Origin: Sulfurovum sp.
Lineage (GTDB): Bacteria > Campylobacterota > Campylobacteria > Campylobacterales > Sulfurovaceae
Length of the DNA stretch: 64,000 bases
NCBI GenBank assembly: GCA_027068435.1
Contig: JAMOTA010000016.1
Coordinates: 15,228 to 79,227 of the forward strand
Direction of reading: 5' to 3'
The position numbers and the translations under genes are program-made. Every line of letters starts with the position of its first letter. Position 1 is the first letter of the stretch. This document shows positions 58,358 to 64,000 of this stretch, one piece after another. The notes beneath the pieces are model-generated. The model searched no databases. It was not told the origin of the DNA and was given only the letters and a program-made list of their open reading frames with translations.

Positions 58358-59419
58358 TTAAGTACATACTAGTTTAGTAACTACAAATCCACCTACAACA
58401 AGCCAAATAAACATACTTAATGCTGTATATACAGGAGCAAGTCCTAAGCCTCTAAACTTAGAAAAAATAGTTCCCATTCCTAGAGCAGTCATAGCCATAG
58501 TCAGTAAAAAGGTATCTATTTGGTTGATAATATCAACGATGTTTTGTGGGACAAGTTGTAATGAATTAAATCCTGCTACACCAATAAAGTATACTGCAAA
58601 CCATGGGATAACCAGTTTCATTTTACTCTCAGAATCTGTCCCCTCTTTTTTTGCACTATACGCAAGGTAAAGACCTAGGACTATAAGCATAGGGGCTATC
58701 ATGATGACACGTGTCATTTTAACAATTACTGCTGCATTTGCCATTTCAGCTGAAGCATTAGGTATAGAAGCAGGAACTGCAACGACTTGTGCTACTTCAT
58801 GGATAGTCCCTCCTACGTAGATACCAAACTCTCTTGGACTCATGTGTAAAAAGCCAGTGGCATGTTCAAAAATAGCCGTATAGAGTACAGGGTAGAGGAA
58901 CATAGAAATAGTTCCAAAGAGTACAACCATAGAAACGGCTATGGCAGTTTTATACTCTTCAGCTTTAAGTACAGGCTCCGTAGCAAGTACAGCAGCTGCT
59001 CCACAAACAGAAGCACCTGAAGCGGTAAGTATAGAAGTGTCTTTCTCCATACCAAAGATTTTAAATCCTATCCATGAACCAAAGATAAGGGTAGTTGAGA
59101 GCATAATAAGTGAAACTAAAAAACCATCCATTCCTACTTCTGCAATCTGTTGAAAGGTGATACGAAAACCGTAAAGTACAATAGCAAAACGTAAAATCTT
59201 TTTCCCTGAAAAAGTAATACCACTTTGCCACGCTTGTGGGGTTTGGTTATGAAGTGTATTGGCATAGAAAATACCCATAACAATACCAATGACTAGAGGA
59301 GAGAGTCCTAAATCTTTTATAAATGATATATCTGAGATAAAAGTGGCAGCAGCTGCGAATATAGCAACAAAAAAGACACCACTTAGGGTTCCATTACGAT
59401 GAGCAGGAGAAAAAGGCAT
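58358..59419 (-). CDS. YeiH/UPF0324 putative sulfur-compound exporter
   Basis: LRFAIVLYG, GASVCGAAAV, GGTIHEVAQV, VKMTRV; multi-TM; divergent from a LysR gene. Confidence 0.9.
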   Translation of the reverse strand: MPFSPAHRNGTLSGVFFVAIFAAAATFISDISFIKDLGLSPLVIGIVMGIFYANTLHNQTPQAWQSGITFSGKKILRFAIVLYGFRITFQQIAEVGMDGFLVSLIMLSTTLIFGSWIGFKIFGMEKDTSILTASGASVCGAAAVLATEPVLKAEEYKTAIAVSMVVLFGTISMFLYPVLYTAIFEHATGFLHMSPREFGIYVGGTIHEVAQVVAVPASIPNASAEMANAAVIVKMTRVIMIAPMLIVLGLYLAYSAKKEGTDSESKMKLVIPWFAVYFIGVAGFNSLQLVPQNIVDIINQIDTFLLTMAMTALGMGTIFSKFRGLGLAPVYTALSMFIWLVVGGFVVTKLVCT

Positions 59420-59501
59420 AGCGTTCCTTCAAGAGAATTGATAATAATTGTAAAATTCTACTATAATTTTGATACAATTACAAATAAATAAAATAAAAAA
59501 C

Positions 59502-59520
59502 ATTCATAAGTTTTATGAAT
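59502..59520. promoter_or_regulatory. LysR-type operator between yeiH and the LysR gene
   Basis: ATTCATAA-GTT-TTATGAAT palindrome containing T-N11-A. Confidence 0.6.
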
Positions 59521-59533
59521 ACAAAGAGAAAAC

Positions 59534-60451
59534 ATGAAATTAACACTCAGACAGATGCAAATTTTTTTAAATGTGGCAAACTTGGGACACTTAACAAATG
59601 TTGCAAAAGATATGAATTTAAGCCAATCTGCTATCTCTATGTCCATTAAAGAGTTGGAAAATATTTTGGGAAGACCTGTCTTTGATAGAATTAATAAAAA
59701 ATTAGTTCTCAATGAAGTAGGACGTGCTTTTTATAAAGAGATAGACCCACTATTTAAAAAGCTTTCAGATATAGAGTATGAGTTTAAAAATTCTGAAAAT
59801 AAAGGGATGATACGTGTGGGGGCAAGTACTACTATTGTAGATTATTTAATGCCTTCAATCATCTGTAGTTATATGAGTGCTTATCCTGATGTAAAGATTA
59901 CTCTAAAAGAAGGCAATACTAAAGAGATTACAGAAATGATAAAAAAAGGTATTATCGATGTAGGTTTTGTAGAAGGATTTGTCTCTGGTTCTGATATTAT
60001 AAAAAAAACGATAGGAATAGATGAACTGTTAGTCATCACTGCAGATAAAAACTTAACTAAATCCTATTATATAGATGAACTCGCATCTAAAAGATGGGTA
60101 CTTCGTGAAGAGGGGTCTGGAACAAGAGAAATTTTTTTAGACTATATTAAAGAGAAAGTAGATGATTTAAATATCTTTTTTGAGTTAGGACATACTGAAT
60201 CTATAAAGAGTATTTTAATGAATCGTGAGTGTTTAACTTGCATCTCTAAAATAGCTGTAGAGAGTGAAATAAGTGAAGGAAAATTACATAAGGTAGATGT
60301 GAAAAACTTTTCATGCAAAAGAGATTTTTTGATGATTTATCATAAAGATAAATACCATAGTTCACTCTTTGAAAAATTTCTTTTTTTCTCAAGAAAACTT
60401 ATGGTTCAAATGCTTGAAAATGAAAACAGTGTAACTTATAAAGAGAAGTAG
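59534..60451 (+). CDS. LysR-family regulator (YeiE-like)
   Basis: HTH LTNVAKDMNLSQSAISMSIKELE; GASTTI, LREEGSGTR. Confidence 0.93.
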   Translation: MKLTLRQMQIFLNVANLGHLTNVAKDMNLSQSAISMSIKELENILGRPVFDRINKKLVLNEVGRAFYKEIDPLFKKLSDIEYEFKNSENKGMIRVGASTTIVDYLMPSIICSYMSAYPDVKITLKEGNTKEITEMIKKGIIDVGFVEGFVSGSDIIKKTIGIDELLVITADKNLTKSYYIDELASKRWVLREEGSGTREIFLDYIKEKVDDLNIFFELGHTESIKSILMNRECLTCISKIAVESEISEGKLHKVDVKNFSCKRDFLMIYHKDKYHSSLFEKFLFFSRKLMVQMLENENSVTYKEK

Positions 60452-60509
60452 CTAGTTTTAAAAAGTTATAGTATAATTCAAGCAAATCAAAAAATATAGG
60501 ATTTAATTT

Positions 60510-60920
60510 ATGGATAAAAGCTTCTTAGTATTTATGGGCATTGGTATAGGTGTTTTATACTTAACAACAAATTTTATAGGTGACATTCAACAAGAAGATG
60601 ATAGATATCAGAATGAAGAGTATAAAGAAAAAAATCAATTTAACAAATATCAGACAATAGACAGTATAGGGCGTAGTGTCTTAGACCTTACTGGAGTAGA
60701 TAGTTCAACACAACTAAAAGCTTGGAATAAGAGTAATTTAAAAAATGAATTTTTAGAAGTGTTTCCAGATTTTGATGAGATGAAAAAGTTTGTAAAAGAG
60801 CGAACTAGAGGTGACGCATTACAGACAAAATTAAGAAGAACTATTGATACAGTAGAAAATGGATATTTTTCAGGAACGATGAGTGCCGAAGAGGCTAAAC
60901 GAATGCTTAGCTCTCTATAA
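60510..60920 (+). CDS. Membrane-anchored hypothetical protein
   Basis: 136 aa with an N-terminal TM helix; AGGA RBS. Confidence 0.7.
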   Translation: MDKSFLVFMGIGIGVLYLTTNFIGDIQQEDDRYQNEEYKEKNQFNKYQTIDSIGRSVLDLTGVDSSTQLKAWNKSNLKNEFLEVFPDFDEMKKFVKERTRGDALQTKLRRTIDTVENGYFSGTMSAEEAKRMLSSL

Positions 60921-60944
60921 AAAGGGAACTTCCCCCTTTTTTGA

Positions 60945-61658
60945 TTAACGACAAGGGTTAATCATCTTATTTCTATCTGAGTAAAGATAAACTTCTACTC
61001 TTCTATTTAATCCTCTATTTTTTGCACTGTTATTTGGTGCAATTGCTTTATTATAAGAACATCCTTTTGTTGCAGGGTATCCATTTGTTGAAAGTATAGT
61101 AGCTACAGTATTAGCTCTTTTTTGAGATAAATCTTGGTTAAATGCATAACTTCCTTGATCATCTGTAAATCCGGCTACACCTACGATAGTTTTTGGATAA
61201 TTTGCTAAAAGTTTAGCTACTTTTCTTACTTTAGATTTTGCACGTGATTGAAGTCTTGCTGAACCTGTTGCAAACATCATAGGATCTCTAAACATAATTT
61301 TTACATAGTTACTTGTTTTAGAGACAATAAGTTCATTGTTAGGGTCAAGGGCTGCTAATGGGTCATTATTTACACCTGTTCCTAATGCTCGTGCTATTTC
61401 ATTGGCTTGATTATCCATGCTATAGCCTATTGCACCACCAGTTGCTGCACCTAATGCTGCACCAAAGAGTGCATTACGTCCACTGTGACTACCAGAATTT
61501 GCTCCTATTAAAGCACCCGCCATCGCACCTAGTAGTGCACCACCTGTAGCGTTGCTATTACTACTCTCTACAAGACCAGGTTGTGTACTTGCACATCCTC
61601 CTAGCATAGCTACAGAGATAGCAGCAGCAAGAAGAGGTTTTCTTATATTTCTTTTCAT
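60945..61658 (-). CDS. OmpA-family lipoprotein with glycine zipper (YiaD-like)
   Basis: Lipobox LGGC; GALLGAMAGALIG; GFTDDQGS..FN..LS.KRA...NRRVE. Confidence 0.9.
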   Translation of the reverse strand: MKRNIRKPLLAAAISVAMLGGCASTQPGLVESSNSNATGGALLGAMAGALIGANSGSHSGRNALFGAALGAATGGAIGYSMDNQANEIARALGTGVNNDPLAALDPNNELIVSKTSNYVKIMFRDPMMFATGSARLQSRAKSKVRKVAKLLANYPKTIVGVAGFTDDQGSYAFNQDLSQKRANTVATILSTNGYPATKGCSYNKAIAPNNSAKNRGLNRRVEVYLYSDRNKMINPCR

Positions 61659-61714
61659 TATGAACTCCTAAATTTATTTACTTTATTATATCAAATAAAA
61701 GTGATAAATATGTG

Positions 61715-62902
61715 CTAGGAGTGCATAGAAGTAATTTTTTCATGCCATTGGAAGAGTTTTTTCTCAAATCCTATCTGTTGAGTTTGATAGAAGTGAAAAG
61801 GTTTTGTTACATAAGATTGTTTTACCCACCCTCCAAAATTGTGCGGATTGATATAGGTTTTTGCATGAGTTTTAATATGTGAAGGAATAGGTTCTATTGC
61901 TCCTTCCTCAATAGCTTTTAATGCTTTGTTAATAGCCATATACGCACTATTTGACTTAGGTGAAGAGGCAAGGTAAATAACCAATTGGGAGAGAGAAATA
62001 CGTGCTTCAGGGTAGCCTATATGTTTAACTATATTAAGTGTTGAGCTTGCTAGGTTTAGAGCAGGTGGGTTAGCATTTCCTATATCTTCACTAGCGAGTA
62101 TGGCTAAACGTCTAGCTATAAATTCAGCAGGCTCTCCCCCATCAATAAGCCTTGCAAGATAGTAGATAGAAGCATCTATATCTGAGCCACGAATACTCTT
62201 TATCATAGCAGAGGTTAACTCGTAGTGACTCTCACTCTCTGAACTTCCTACTTGCATAGCATGAGGTCGTATCTGTTTAAGTATTGAAAGAGTAATAGGT
62301 GAAGCTACCATTTTTGCACTCTCTAGTAAGTTTAACATTGCCCTTGCATCACCTGAACTAGAAAAGACCAAATAGGATTCTGCCTCTTTCTCTAGTACTA
62401 TGGACTCTAATTTTATTATTTTTTGAAGATAATTTAGCATCTCTTTAGATGGGAGTGCTTCAAGCTTAAAAAGGTGAGAACGTGAACGTATGGCTGCGGT
62501 TAAAGAGTAGTAAGGATTTTCAGTAGATGCACCTATAATAAGTGCTGCATTATTCTCCATAAAAGGTAGAAGTACCTCTTGTTGATTTTTACTTAATCTA
62601 TGTATCTCATCAATAAAGATAAGAGGTTTTTGAAGTGCATTTTGGTACTCTTTAAATATTTTACGAAGCTCATCTATTTTAAGTGTTGTTGCATTCATTT
62701 CATAAAAAGGTCTCTCTAAATAGGTTGCAATAACTCTAGTAAGTGTGGTTTTACCCGAACCTGGAGGACCATAAAAAAAAGCATGAGGCATGGTATGAGC
62801 TTCTATAAGTTTTCTTAGAGGAGCTTCTTTATCTAGTAGATGAGACTGTCCTATAATTTCATTGAGTCTCTTGGGACGATATTTTAGGGCAAAATTTATC
62901 AA
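61715..62902 (-). CDS. rarA: Replication-associated recombination protein A
   Basis: RPKRLNEIIGQSH, GPPGSGKTT, IDEIHR, SAMIKSIRGSD, ASEDIGNA. Confidence 0.95.
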   Translation of the reverse strand: MINFALKYRPKRLNEIIGQSHLLDKEAPLRKLIEAHTMPHAFFYGPPGSGKTTLTRVIATYLERPFYEMNATTLKIDELRKIFKEYQNALQKPLIFIDEIHRLSKNQQEVLLPFMENNAALIIGASTENPYYSLTAAIRSRSHLFKLEALPSKEMLNYLQKIIKLESIVLEKEAESYLVFSSSGDARAMLNLLESAKMVASPITLSILKQIRPHAMQVGSSESESHYELTSAMIKSIRGSDIDASIYYLARLIDGGEPAEFIARRLAILASEDIGNANPPALNLASSTLNIVKHIGYPEARISLSQLVIYLASSPKSNSAYMAINKALKAIEEGAIEPIPSHIKTHAKTYINPHNFGGWVKQSYVTKPFHFYQTQQIGFEKKLFQWHEKITSMHS

Positions 62903-62904
62903 AA

Positions 62905-63783
62905 TTAATCTCTATTATTGAACTTTTTTTCTCTTTCAGCTTTGCTTTTTTGGTAAGCTTTTTCTCTTTCGTTCTCTTCTTTTTGTTTCTCTTCATTGGC
63001 TTTGTTATAAATATCTGCCTTAGCATTCTCTTTTCTACGTTTCATAAACTGATGTACTTCATCATACTCTTTACGACTAAAGAAACGTGTTTTACTTGTA
63101 GGGAGGTTATTGAGTTCTATTCCACCAAAAGCGATACGCTTTAAGTCAAGTACTTTTGCTTCAAAGTGTCCAAAGAAACGTCTAAGCTCTCTATTTTTCC
63201 CTTCGGTTATCGTAACACGTAGTTTTGAAAAGTTTTTACCCTTTCCACGTATTTCAAAGTGTGCAAAAGGTGCAAACTCCATACTAAAAATTTTACTCTT
63301 TTCATGACCACCTGCACGTGCATCATCAAGTACAAGTCCCTCTTTCATAGCTGTTAGCATCTCAGTGGTTATGGGTTTATCTATTTTGAGATTATAGGTA
63401 CGGTCTAACTGACTCTCCATAAGTGCAGTGGCAACTTCTGGAGTGTCTGTTAAGAGTAAAAGTCCCTCAGAGGCATAGTCTAGCCTACCTACGGGTACAA
63501 AGTGTCTAAATTTACCAGGAAGCTTATGGTAAATAGTAGTTCGTCCTCTGTCATCTTTTTTTGTAACCAAAGAACCTTTTGGTTTATTAAATACAATAAT
63601 AGTAAGCTCTTTACTAGGCTGTACTCTTCTACCTTTAATGTATATAGTATCATCTGCTTCTACTTCGTACCCAAACTCATTGAGTACTCTTTTATTTAGT
63701 GTGACTAATCCCTCTTCTATGAGTTTGTCTGCTTCACGTCGTGAATATTTTGTGTTATGTGAAATATATTTATTTAATCTCAT
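62905..63783 (-). CDS. S4-domain rRNA pseudouridine synthase (RluB/RsuA family)
   Basis: MRLNKYIS...SRREAD S4 domain; VGRLDYASEGLLLLTD; EGKNRELRR. Confidence 0.92.
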   Translation of the reverse strand: MRLNKYISHNTKYSRREADKLIEEGLVTLNKRVLNEFGYEVEADDTIYIKGRRVQPSKELTIIVFNKPKGSLVTKKDDRGRTTIYHKLPGKFRHFVPVGRLDYASEGLLLLTDTPEVATALMESQLDRTYNLKIDKPITTEMLTAMKEGLVLDDARAGGHEKSKIFSMEFAPFAHFEIRGKGKNFSKLRVTITEGKNRELRRFFGHFEAKVLDLKRIAFGGIELNNLPTSKTRFFSRKEYDEVHQFMKRRKENAKADIYNKANEEKQKEENEREKAYQKSKAEREKKFNNRD

Positions 63784-63940
63784 AATATGTCCAATCTTAT
63801 TTGCTTTTTATATCAGTATTGACCAAGTTATGAATATTTCAATAGCTTGACAATCTTTTGTTATGATAGGAAGGAGTTGTGTCCGACGCTCTTTTAAAAT
63901 TTCTAAGGATTTTGATATTTGGTTATCGCATAGAGGTAAG

Positions 63941-63960
63941 CTGGGGTAGATTTACCCCAG
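63941..63960. terminator. GC-rich hairpin
   Basis: CTGGGGTA-GATT-TACCCCAG. Confidence 0.5.
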
Positions 63961-64000
63961 ACAGAAGTATTAAACTATAAAAATTGTAGGGATAATAAGC

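Overview
AT-rich Campylobacterota (epsilonproteobacterial) chromosome segment, most consistent with a Sulfurovum-like sulfur chemolithotroph (inferred from gene content and order; no database search run). It spans the replication origin (ruvC-oriC1-dnaA-oriC2-dnaN, with readable DnaA boxes and DnaA-trios). It also carries housekeeping genes (rnhB, aroC, rnc, dnaG, pyrG, recJ, recA, murB, mqnD, nifSU, folE, tig, clpP, def, rarA), a sulfur-respiration cluster (Tat-exported type II-like Sqr, cytochrome c, cytochrome b-dihaem c fusion, psrABC, SqrF-like Sqr) and a defence island (ABC ATPase + TOPRIM pair, CjeI-like fused restriction-modification enzyme, RhuM). The best candidate for an undescribed system is a translationally coupled four-gene operon at 11.5-15.6 kb: a coiled-coil protein, a membrane protein with a cytoplasmic longin/roadblock-like domain and periplasmic BON-like repeats + OmpA domain, a complete Rab/Ras-like small GTPase, and a PAS histidine kinase. 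It is divergent from a NIT-domain hybrid kinase. The second candidate is a catalytically dead serine-resolvase homologue coupled to ccoG and preceded by three TGACGTA repeats spaced exactly 20 bp apart. No rRNA, tRNA, CRISPR array or intact transposase was seen.
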